A stretch of 26,509 bases of DNA from Candidatus Jordarchaeia archaeon. GTDB taxonomy: Archaea; Asgardarchaeota; Jordiarchaeia; Jordiarchaeales; Jordiarchaeaceae. The translations under genes were made by a program, and so were the position numbers. Where the stretch lies: the NCBI GenBank assembly GCA_029856435.1, contig JAHQXB010000055.1:1-26509 (forward strand). The letters run 5' to 3'. Below the pieces are notes generated by a model. The model searched no databases, was not told the origin of the DNA, and worked only from the letters and a program-made list of their open reading frames with translations. Below, one piece after another: positions 18,874 to 26,509 of the stretch; positions within the stretch are counted from its first letter, which is position 1, and every line of letters starts with the position of its first letter.

Positions 18874-19917
18874 TTGCAGGAGGAAATACCAAAAATAACT
18901 GTAATGAAAGCGGAACTCCTAGAAAAAGGAACGATCTTTGTAAAGGAGGTTAAAGAGCTTCCCTTTCACATAGATCGCTCTACCGCAGGTCCAAGCACCG
19001 GCCAAAATTCTATCTTTCTAAGGTTAGGCCAAGAGAGATTAGTGCGTCTTACTCTCACACAGAAACAGTCAGAAACACCCTACACCTACGACGCTAAACG
19101 TAAAGTCATAAAGAAGGATGAGGAAGAATGGCTTCCTGCGAGACAGGTAGAAAGCCTCCTTCACTGTCCAGAACAAGCATTCCTCAATTTAGATTCAAAC
19201 TGCAAATACCACTGCAAATTCTGTGCAACCCCTTTAATACAATCTCACATCAACCATAGAACCCTCCAGCCCCAAGTTGTGACCAGAATCGTGAAACGGG
19301 TAGCAAATAAGAGTTTAACGGCGGTTGCACTCACTACAGGAGTTTTTTCCACACCAATCGATAGTGTGAAACACATGTGCCAGGTGGTAGAGGCCCTCCG
19401 CCGAGAATTTGGGGATAGACTACCCATAGGAGTCGAACCCTATGTCGAAGAAGAAAAACACATAGATATGCTATATGACGCTGGAGCAGACGAAATAAAA
19501 ATAAACGTTGAGAGCTTTGATCCCCAAATCTACTCTAAAGTTTGTAGCGAATTCAACTATCAAAACAACCTGAAAATGGTCAGATACGCTGCAAAAGTCT
19601 TCGGAGAAAACCGCGTCTGTTCAAACATCATAATAGGACTTGGAGAAAAAGAAGAAACAATAGACCAAGGGGCAGAAACATTAGCACACTGGGGAGTAAT
19701 CGCATCCCTAAGACCCCTAAACTTAAATCCCCTAATAATGCAACAATTGCAACAGACGCTAAACAATAAGGCACAACGACCCACTGCCCAAAGACTAATC
19801 AAACATGCAACAAAACACAAACAAATCCTAAACGAAAAAGGTCTAGACGTAAACAAATTCAAAACTATGTGCCTCAAATGTACCGGCTGCGACATAGTTC
19901 CCCAAAAAGACCTCTAA
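18874..19917 (+). CDS. Radical SAM protein, biotin/lipoyl-synthase-related, possible LipS2 counterpart
   Basis: CxxxCxxC 'CKYHCKFC' and a C-terminal 'CLKCTGCD' that could bind an auxiliary cluster. Divergent from lipS1. Confidence 0.8.
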   Translation: MQEEIPKITVMKAELLEKGTIFVKEVKELPFHIDRSTAGPSTGQNSIFLRLGQERLVRLTLTQKQSETPYTYDAKRKVIKKDEEEWLPARQVESLLHCPEQAFLNLDSNCKYHCKFCATPLIQSHINHRTLQPQVVTRIVKRVANKSLTAVALTTGVFSTPIDSVKHMCQVVEALRREFGDRLPIGVEPYVEEEKHIDMLYDAGADEIKINVESFDPQIYSKVCSEFNYQNNLKMVRYAAKVFGENRVCSNIIIGLGEKEETIDQGAETLAHWGVIASLRPLNLNPLIMQQLQQTLNNKAQRPTAQRLIKHATKHKQILNEKGLDVNKFKTMCLKCTGCDIVPQKDL

Positions 19918-19938
19918 AAATTAAATGGTGACTGAAAC

Positions 19939-20826
19939 GTGCCAAGAGTACCCCACCCTCAACAAGTAAACTTTATAAAAACTAAACACGAAAACAAGCC
20001 AATCCTAAAAGGAAGAACTGTATTCCACACCACAAAATATCTCATAATCCAGTCAACTGCAGGCCTATCGGTATACCAAATCAAAACTATGGGCAACAGA
20101 CTCATGAGAACTATAACCAGCTATATTCAACTAAGCGACGAGAACCAAACGGTAACATTGGATTTTTCCGAAATTGATCCCACAGAAAAAATCGAGATAA
20201 TTAAAAAAGCCACAAGGCACCTAAAAAAAGAAACAAGGAGCATAGTCTTCAAGTCCAAATTCGAACACATAGGTCTCGCACTATTTGAACCCCCCAACAT
20301 TAAGGTGGGAATAATTGACATCATCCCCCCACCAGCCAAACTACAAGACCAAGTCCAAAAAGCCCAAAAACAGGGGCTAATACGCAAAGAAACTAAATTC
20401 CAAATAAAAACAATAGACATTCTCAAAGAAATCCCCCCTACCACTTACCCTATAGTTTTTCCATGCAGTGCTAGCACCGGGAAAAAACTCATATTCTTAG
20501 ACGCAGATGCCCAAAAAATAACAAATCTAAACCAACCAATAACCATAATAGGCTGCCCAGTAACCTTCGAAACTATAAAAGAATTAAACCCAAAAATTCC
20601 CATGCAAAGAATAGACATATGCCCAACACACTATGCAAGAAAGGAAACCACAAAGAACGACTTCTACATAGTAAGATGCTGCCGCGCAAGCATCCAAGGC
20701 ACACAAATATACTCGCCAAAAACTAAACCAATAATAGCCCTAGAATGGGAACCTACAATGGAAAACTTCCTAGATGCCATTTATCAAGGAGCACTAATAA
20801 AAAACTATGCCAACTCCCCATTTTGA
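19939..20826 (+). CDS. Conserved hypothetical Cys-motif protein, possible Fe-S binding
   Basis: GGTGA RBS. Five Cys in the motifs FPC, GCP, ICP and RCC, all in the C-terminal half. Co-oriented 21 nt after the radical SAM gene. Confidence 0.65.
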   Translation: MPRVPHPQQVNFIKTKHENKPILKGRTVFHTTKYLIIQSTAGLSVYQIKTMGNRLMRTITSYIQLSDENQTVTLDFSEIDPTEKIEIIKKATRHLKKETRSIVFKSKFEHIGLALFEPPNIKVGIIDIIPPPAKLQDQVQKAQKQGLIRKETKFQIKTIDILKEIPPTTYPIVFPCSASTGKKLIFLDADAQKITNLNQPITIIGCPVTFETIKELNPKIPMQRIDICPTHYARKETTKNDFYIVRCCRASIQGTQIYSPKTKPIIALEWEPTMENFLDAIYQGALIKNYANSPF

Positions 20827-20894
20827 AAATCACTGAAAGCCCTTACCTAAAATCCGAATTCTCTTTGAAAAGTTCTAGCATAGGGAACAAGGGA

Positions 20895-20979
20895 GGAGGG
20901 AGAGAGGGAGTAAGCATAAGATTTTTAACCCCCCCTCGTTAAGGAGGGGGGGATTTTGGAGGGAGAGAGGGAGGTAAGC
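20895..20979. repeat. Polypurine direct repeat flanking a C7/G7 hairpin
   Basis: GGAGGGAGAGAGGGAG at 20895-20910 and 20958-20973, each followed by (G)TAAGC. Between them, stem 20929-20937 pairs with 20944-20952 around loop GTTAAG. Confidence 0.85.
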
Positions 20980-21366
20980 TTGAATCCAGTCTTTCTACGA
21001 ACTGTAGATATTTCACGATTTATTTATAAATTTTTCCTAAAAATCATATAGAATATCGTAATTTTATAATATTTTTTAAACAATATATATTATTTATATT
21101 TTAGGCGCTGTCCTTCGGGATGCCTAGGGAAGTGGAAAAATTAGGGTAATGAACGTAGTTTCAGTATTCTTTGTGAATATTTTTATTTTCATATTCTAAA
21201 TCATTATAAACGATATATTTCCGGAATTTATAGGCTCTGCCAGATTTTGTTTGATGAAGGTCAGTACCTACTCCTACCGTTTGCAAATTTTATAAAAATA
21301 TGTAATAACTAAAGGTTTGGGAAATGGAAATAAATATTTTCTGGAATTATTTTTTGGGTATGGATC

Positions 21367-23628
21367 CTACACTTTTATTTCTTTGCTTTTAGATAGAGCC
21401 ATGGGTATGATTTGTTCTTGTGTGAATTTTATGTATCCGTCTTGCTCTGATACTATTGCGTATGCTTCCTCTTTGGTGGTTACTGGCGCGAAAATGGTTT
21501 CATCTCTGTCTCTTACCACACACCATAGGTCTTTATTGGGGTAGTGTAGGAATTTTACATTTCCTTGTCTTTGGAAGTGTTTTATTACTGACTCGAAAAC
21601 TTTGAGATCGATGTTTGAGATGATTGTGGCTTTGAAGTTTCTAATGTTTAGTAGTTCTTCAAGGATTTCGGGGATGAGTTCTGGGGAAATTATGGTTATG
21701 TTTTTCTTGGTTTTTCTAATTATAGATTTGGTGTGGGCTATGATTGCCTTTTCGCCTATTAGGGGCCAAGTCTTTATGTCCTTGTCGAATATGCTGTATG
21801 ATGTTTCCCAAATTTTTTTTAGGATTTCTTCCTTCTTTTCTATATGAGTAGTGATGCTTGAGAATTTTTCGATTAGATCATGGAAGTTTTTATCGAGAAC
21901 ATCTCTGGAGTCGGTATAGTTTTTGGATATGGCGTAGGCAATTTTTTCTTCAAAGGGACCCAGCTCTTGTATGTGTGCTCCTACTTTTTGGTTTATGGTT
22001 CTGTCTAGGTTGTTGTAAAGTTCTTCAGTCATTTTATCATATTCGAAGGCGTTGGTTTGTAGCGTTTGAGCTATCTTTCTCTGGAGGTGAATTACGCTGT
22101 ACTCTAGGAGTTTTATCCTGTTTTTGATGTTATTTTTGTACGTTGAGAATAGTTCGCTTGATCCGTTTATGAATGTGGTTAGGGCTTCGCTAAAATTTTT
22201 AAAAGCGTTTTCTATGTAGTTCCCAATATCCTTTCCAAGTTGGGTACATAAGTTTTCACAGTCCTCATCGTTGTTTTTAATGACTTCTGTAACAGCGTTG
22301 GAAATTTTGGATTCTATGAGGGAGCTTATAGGTGTTATCTTCTCCCTGAATTTGTTCTGCACCTTTTTAACCTCCTCCCTCAACAGGGTGGCTTTTTCAT
22401 CCACAAAGGTGGATAGACTCTTGGTTATCTGGTCTGTAATCCCCTGCGCGGTAACTATCTGTTCTGAAACCACGCTTTGATAATCGGCGCTCAAACCCTT
22501 AGCAGTCTCGTAAATTTTCTGTGTTTTCTCATTCAAATCTTCTAGAAATGCGTCGCCTTTCAAAACTACGTTGGTGAAAGCCTTTCTACGCGATGATAGA
22601 ATAGAAGTGGAACCAGCTAAATCTTGAGAAATACTCTCCAATCCACTAATAATGCTCTTCACCCGAGGCTCAAACGAGTTTAAAGTATCTAGGTAATGGT
22701 TGAGCAAGCCAGTCATAGCCTCTAAATACTTTGCCTTAAAGGACTCCACCTTCTCCCCCACTATCTCCAAAATAATTTTAAGTATCTCAAACACATCGGA
22801 TTCCAAATGCTCAATGAAACGCTTCAAAACGTTCAAATTCTCATCCACAGTAGTCCTAATCTTACTATCCAATTCCACACTATTCTTCTCATGTTTCGAC
22901 CGGTGTTCACCCAAAGTGGTAATGAAATGTAGCTTAATTATGTCTAGACGCTCACGAATCTCCTTGGTATATGCAGAAAAGGTTTTGCTGACCAGACTCT
23001 CTAAAGACACCATATCCTGCTCTATGCCTGAAACAAACTCCGAGGTAAGATCTGAAAGACTGAAGCTCTTCTTTTCCTCAAAATGCTCTACATCACTAAA
23101 GTCAACAAAACTCGTGGAAAGCAAAGAGCGTATTGCTTCCTCCACAGAAACACTCAAATCCCTAAAAGCATCTGCACTTCTCTCAAAGTTAGAACTCATA
23201 AGTTTAGTAAATTCCTCCACAAAAGACCGAAAAGTTTCCACACGGCTGCTAGTCAAACGGGAAAGCTCCTCCACCGATAAAAGCTTACTATCTTCCAACT
23301 TTTTGCTAAGCTCTTCAAACCTAGCTCTTGCAACCTTCTGTAACTCCTCTAATAAGTGACTCAAATCCTCATAAACACTCAAAAACCCGGCCAAAAAAGG
23401 ATTCAAAGGCACAAAGCCATCCACTTCTCCCGGCACTCGGCGCACAAAACGTGATTCCACTAAACGATCCAAGATATCTTTACATACATCTACAGGTAGT
23501 CCGGTCAGAGTAGAAACATCACCCAAAGCCAAACGCCCCGCACCCAAAACAGCTAGGTAAGCTTTAATCTCGTCATCTGTCAAGTCAAAATTTTTCATAA
23601 AATGCAAAATAGCCTCATTGACACCCAT
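21367..23628 (-). CDS. TrmB-like winged-helix protein with long helical/coiled-coil linker and C-terminal PLD-like effector domain
   Basis: N-terminal 'FDLTDDEIKAYLAVL...DVSTLTGLP...ILDRLVESRFV...FVPLNP' is a TrmB HTH pattern. About 500 aa of heptad-like helical sequence follow. C-terminal 'NITIISPE...LWCVVRDRDETIFAP'. Confidence 0.75.
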   Translation of the reverse strand: MGVNEAILHFMKNFDLTDDEIKAYLAVLGAGRLALGDVSTLTGLPVDVCKDILDRLVESRFVRRVPGEVDGFVPLNPFLAGFLSVYEDLSHLLEELQKVARARFEELSKKLEDSKLLSVEELSRLTSSRVETFRSFVEEFTKLMSSNFERSADAFRDLSVSVEEAIRSLLSTSFVDFSDVEHFEEKKSFSLSDLTSEFVSGIEQDMVSLESLVSKTFSAYTKEIRERLDIIKLHFITTLGEHRSKHEKNSVELDSKIRTTVDENLNVLKRFIEHLESDVFEILKIILEIVGEKVESFKAKYLEAMTGLLNHYLDTLNSFEPRVKSIISGLESISQDLAGSTSILSSRRKAFTNVVLKGDAFLEDLNEKTQKIYETAKGLSADYQSVVSEQIVTAQGITDQITKSLSTFVDEKATLLREEVKKVQNKFREKITPISSLIESKISNAVTEVIKNNDEDCENLCTQLGKDIGNYIENAFKNFSEALTTFINGSSELFSTYKNNIKNRIKLLEYSVIHLQRKIAQTLQTNAFEYDKMTEELYNNLDRTINQKVGAHIQELGPFEEKIAYAISKNYTDSRDVLDKNFHDLIEKFSSITTHIEKKEEILKKIWETSYSIFDKDIKTWPLIGEKAIIAHTKSIIRKTKKNITIISPELIPEILEELLNIRNFKATIISNIDLKVFESVIKHFQRQGNVKFLHYPNKDLWCVVRDRDETIFAPVTTKEEAYAIVSEQDGYIKFTQEQIIPMALSKSKEIKV

Positions 23629-23759
23629 AAAGAGACCCCAGCGAGGTATTCAAATCAAAAAAAACAGTCAAATTATATAATTCTTTTGAAAAACAACAGA
23701 ACCAAACAATTGTCAAAAATATCCAGAAGTTCAAAAAGACTCAAGGAAATGCTCTAGCC

Positions 23760-23985
23760 AGGTTAAAAATCGCTTTCCCCCACCACAAGCAACAGGAGGG
23801 GGAAAACAGTCACCGGTAATAACCCTGAAAACTAGGGGAGGCTTCATCGCCAACATAACAAAAATGCTGGGAGAGGGGAGATAAAACATAGGGGAGTCCC
23901 TGGCTCGAACATGAGTTCGAGCCCGGAGGGCGTGAAATTGGGAGGAGGGGAAGTCATGCACATTTCCGTTGGCTCCGCCTTTTTT
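23760..23985 (-). ncRNA. Putative structured GC-rich RNA or long 5' leader with repeated CUCCCCU motifs
   Basis: GC-rich island in AT-rich intergenic DNA. Perfect 9-bp stem 23902-23910/23915-23923 and stem 23774-23781/23798-23805. AGGGGAG occurs three times on the + strand. TATA-like element at 24009-24016. Confidence 0.4.
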
Positions 23986-24244
23986 TACCATTCAATCTCT
24001 TTTTTGGCTTTATATATTTTTCGGCTATTTTTGTGTTTTTCGCAAAAATATTTTAGTTTTTGTTTTAATTTGTATATTATATTTGAGAGTTTCGCAAAAT
24101 TGGCGCGTTTTTTACATAAAAAATAATTTTTCTCGGGTTTTAATTCCCTTTTAATTGATTAAAATTTTATACCTCTTGAACCTATTTTTGGAATTATTGA
24201 TTTCTTAGCTGTGTCTGAAGTTCCGGTATTTCTTTCTTTGACTT

Positions 24245-24574
24245 TTATCTGATTTTTGTTCCGGGTGGTGTTTCCTCTTCTGGTGTTATTAGTATGGGTC
24301 GGCCGTTTAGATCTGCAGCTAGAATCATTCCCCTAGATTGTAACCCCATGAATTCTTTAGGTTCCAGGTTGACTAGTACGACCACGCTTTTGCCTATAAG
24401 GTTCTCTGGTTTCAAGTGTTCTGCCATTCCGGCTATGATTTGTCTGGTTTCACCTTGCCCAATGTCTACGTTCATTTTGATGAGTTTTTTAGTGTTAGGT
24501 ACTTTTTCGGCAGTTAATACCTTTCCGATCCTTAAATCCATTTTTTGGAACTCTTTAAAGGTGATTACGGTCAT
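24245..24574 (-). CDS. Stand-alone tRNA-binding OB-fold protein (Trbp111/CsaA/MetRS C-terminal domain)
   Basis: 'FQKMDLRIGKVL', 'RQIIAG' and 'VVVLVNLEPKEFMGLQSRGMILAA'. ATG at 24574 preferred over TTG at 24580 on RBS spacing. Confidence 0.92.
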   Translation of the reverse strand: MTVITFKEFQKMDLRIGKVLTAEKVPNTKKLIKMNVDIGQGETRQIIAGMAEHLKPENLIGKSVVVLVNLEPKEFMGLQSRGMILAADLNGRPILITPEEETPPGTKIR

Positions 24575-24623
24575 TTTCAAACTTCCCTTCCTTTTATTTG
24601 CTGTTTTTCACAAAATTTTTCGT

Positions 24624-25844
24624 TTATTGGACTAGTTGTAGGTGTCGGAGTTGATCGAGGAGATTTAGGAGTTGTCTGTCACCCTTCGCCGCGGCTTTTA
24701 GAAAGACCCCAATTTTTTTCCCGGCGGTTAGTTCTACTACGTTTTGTCCGGTGAGCAGTTGTGCAAGCTTATCTAGCAAAGTATCTTCGGCTTCTGCAAG
24801 CAGTTTTTGGAGTTTAAGCATTTGTTCGAACTCTCTTCCATATTTTTCTCGCCATCTTTTTTCGTATAGTGTTAGAGCTTCTTCACTTGTATCTCCCTCG
24901 GTGATGGCTTCCACCGCTACCTCCCCAGCTATGCTTCCGCAAACTATAGCATAACCCATACCGCCTCCCGTAATCGGGTGGACCTGACCTGCAGCATCTC
25001 CTACCAGCATGAGATTGTCCAAAACGTTCTTGGGATTGGGGCCTCCCATAGGTAATGCTCCTACTCGAAATTCTATAATTTTAGCATTTTTGCAGATTTC
25101 TTTTCCTCGAGGATTATGTTTTATGAAGTCTTGGAGATACTCCAACGCAGTTTTTTCTCCCATTCCTCCGCCGATTCCTAGTCCTATGTTGGCGCGTCTT
25201 TCGCTCTTAGGAAATACCCAAACATAGCCTCTAGGTGATATCTGTTTCCCTAAGTAGAATTCAAGAAGATCTGCATCATCGATTTTTACGTTAACCATTT
25301 CGTATTGGGCGCAGGTTTCTATATCTTTGAGTTTAATGTTTTTCCTGAGCCCGGAGAGTCTGGCTATCGTACTGTTTACTCCATCCGCACCCACAACTAC
25401 ATGAGCTTCAATTTCGATTTTTTCTCCGAGTCTTCGGGCAATTACTCCCCTGATTTGCTGGTCTTTGTAGATTAATTGAGTAACATTTGATCCTAACAGG
25501 GCTTCGGCGCCATTTTCGCAAGCTTTAGCAAGAAGTTCTTTGTCAAACACGCGGCGATCAAGTATATATCCATCGGGTTCAGGTTTAGCGTAGTCCACCC
25601 GAGTCAGATTAGGACTATAGATGCGAAATCCGCGAATGGGATTAACGATAGCATTTCGAGGTATTTCGATTTCTGCAATTCCCGGTCCCGTTTTCCCTAT
25701 AGCCTCTCCGCAGTGAACCGGGATGCCCACATGCATTTTGCGATCTAAAATTAAGACTTTTCCTCCTTTTTTAAGGGCAGATATGGCGGTAGCTGTGCCG
25801 CCGGGTCCTGCTCCCACAACCAGTAACTCTGTCTTGATTTTCAT
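24624..25844 (-). CDS. Geranylgeranyl reductase family flavoprotein (DGGGPL reductase-like)
   Basis: 'VVGAGPGG', 'CGEAI', 'VVGADG', 'GYVWVFPK', 'NIGLG' and 'LVGDAAGQVHPITGGG'. ATG at 25844 follows the AGGTG RBS at 25851-25855; the ORF-track start 25853 overlaps that RBS. Confidence 0.92.
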   Translation of the reverse strand: MKIKTELLVVGAGPGGTATAISALKKGGKVLILDRKMHVGIPVHCGEAIGKTGPGIAEIEIPRNAIVNPIRGFRIYSPNLTRVDYAKPEPDGYILDRRVFDKELLAKACENGAEALLGSNVTQLIYKDQQIRGVIARRLGEKIEIEAHVVVGADGVNSTIARLSGLRKNIKLKDIETCAQYEMVNVKIDDADLLEFYLGKQISPRGYVWVFPKSERRANIGLGIGGGMGEKTALEYLQDFIKHNPRGKEICKNAKIIEFRVGALPMGGPNPKNVLDNLMLVGDAAGQVHPITGGGMGYAIVCGSIAGEVAVEAITEGDTSEEALTLYEKRWREKYGREFEQMLKLQKLLAEAEDTLLDKLAQLLTGQNVVELTAGKKIGVFLKAAAKGDRQLLNLLDQLRHLQLVQ

Positions 25845-26048
25845 GGATAACACCTATGGATAGTCCCGAAACAATTAGGTATTAAAAAGGTACCCTTTTT
25901 GGGATGCTGGAAATAGATACCTACTATTATTTATTTTTTGTTTCTGTGAAGTTTGTAAATTATGCTTAAATGATTTATGTTTTCTTAGCAGATCTTTTAG
26001 GGCTTTTGAATTAATTAAATAACTGATTCGGCAGCTGGAAGGTGCCTT

Positions 26049-26243
26049 TTAGATGTTATGCTGAGCTGTACCGCCTTTTTCAATGGTCACCGCTCCCACA
26101 GGGCAGACCTTTAAACAGACACCACAGTCATTGCAAATTTGGTTGTCCACTATAGCCTCGTGTTCCGTGATATTTATGGCGCTTCTGGGACATACGGTTG
26201 CACATGCCATACAAATTCCACAGAGTTCCTTATTGATTTTCAT
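26049..26243 (-). CDS. 2x[4Fe-4S] ferredoxin
   Basis: 'CGICMACATVCP' and 'CNDCGVCLKVCP'. Directly upstream of the reductase; AGGGAG RBS. Confidence 0.95.
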   Translation of the reverse strand: MKINKELCGICMACATVCPRSAINITEHEAIVDNQICNDCGVCLKVCPVGAVTIEKGGTAQHNI

Positions 26244-26341
26244 TGCACTTTACTCCCTTGAGACCATTTGGGTGTATATTCTTTAAAAACGGCTTAAATC
26301 ATTATCGCTTTTCACTAATAACTTATTTTATTGCTTTTTTT

Positions 26342-26509
26342 GGTACGGTCAACTTAGATTTTTTCACTTGGAGCGCCTTTTGCAGTTTTTTGGATGCGGG
26401 TGCCTTTTTCTGAGGGATGGATGTGTTTCGGTTCAGGGATTGGTGGGGTCTTACATGGTTGTAGTGGTAGGTGTAGAACCTTAGGAAGGTACGGGCGTTT
26501 TCCAGTCCC
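26342..26509 (-). mobile_element. Right end of an IS6-like (rve/DDE) insertion sequence, truncated by the window edge
   Basis: The minus frame from 26508 reads GLENARTFLRFYTYHYNHVRPHQSLN...KLTVPKKAIK* (stop 26323-25). YN..RPH.SL is the DDE integrase-core C-terminal motif. GGTACGGTCAACTTAG at 26342-26357 resembles IS6-family terminal inverted repeats. Confidence 0.7.

Noticed and set aside
21252-21258. TTGATGA as a box C of a C/D guide RNA
   Set aside because: No CTGA box D at a suitable distance downstream.
22700-23359. 219-aa + strand ORF and other short antisense ORFs inside pgk, gap, fbp, rli, the radical SAM genes and GGR
   Set aside because: Antisense shadows of well-supported genes, with Ser/Phe/Leu-rich composition and no motifs.
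23915-23924. GTTCGAGCCC resembling a tRNA T-arm
   Set aside because: It is one arm of a perfect hairpin; no acceptor, D or anticodon arms can be built. No tRNA or rRNA gene was recognised in the window.
23731-23991. 86-aa minus-strand ORF
   Set aside because: Its composition is dictated by hairpins and C-runs, and there is no recognisable domain. It is better explained as structured RNA, though not excluded.

Overview
AT-rich archaeal chromosomal window. The evidence is GGAGG/GGGGAG/GGTGA ribosome-binding sites plus archaeal-type PGK, FBP aldolase/phosphatase, ABCE1 and geranylgeranyl reductase. The lineage is probably TACK or Asgard, which is an inference only. It carries a nitroreductase/RHH/SCP2 operon, a UbiA prenyltransferase, a membrane-anchored HerA/VirB4-like ATPase and a loose gluconeogenesis cluster (pgk, bacterial-type gap, fbp). 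It also has an AAA+/winged-helix ATPase behind an iteron-like repeat array, ABCE1, a lipoate-assembly cluster (ligase, LipS1-like, second radical SAM, Cys-rich protein), a TrmB-coiled-coil protein, a Trbp111/CsaA-like protein, GGR with its ferredoxin, and the end of an IS6-like element. The standout is a 70-nt insertion (12171-12240) near the 3' end of fbp. It folds into a relaxed bulge-helix-bulge motif, and cutting at the canonical bulge positions exactly restores the conserved C-terminus EMEYTTLPGVLKKLADRF. This points to a tRNA-endonuclease-type mRNA intron in a central metabolic gene. Several intergenic segments also look like structured RNAs (6494-6653, 21102-21126, ~23760-23985). All family assignments are from motif recognition by eye; no database searches or folding programs were run.
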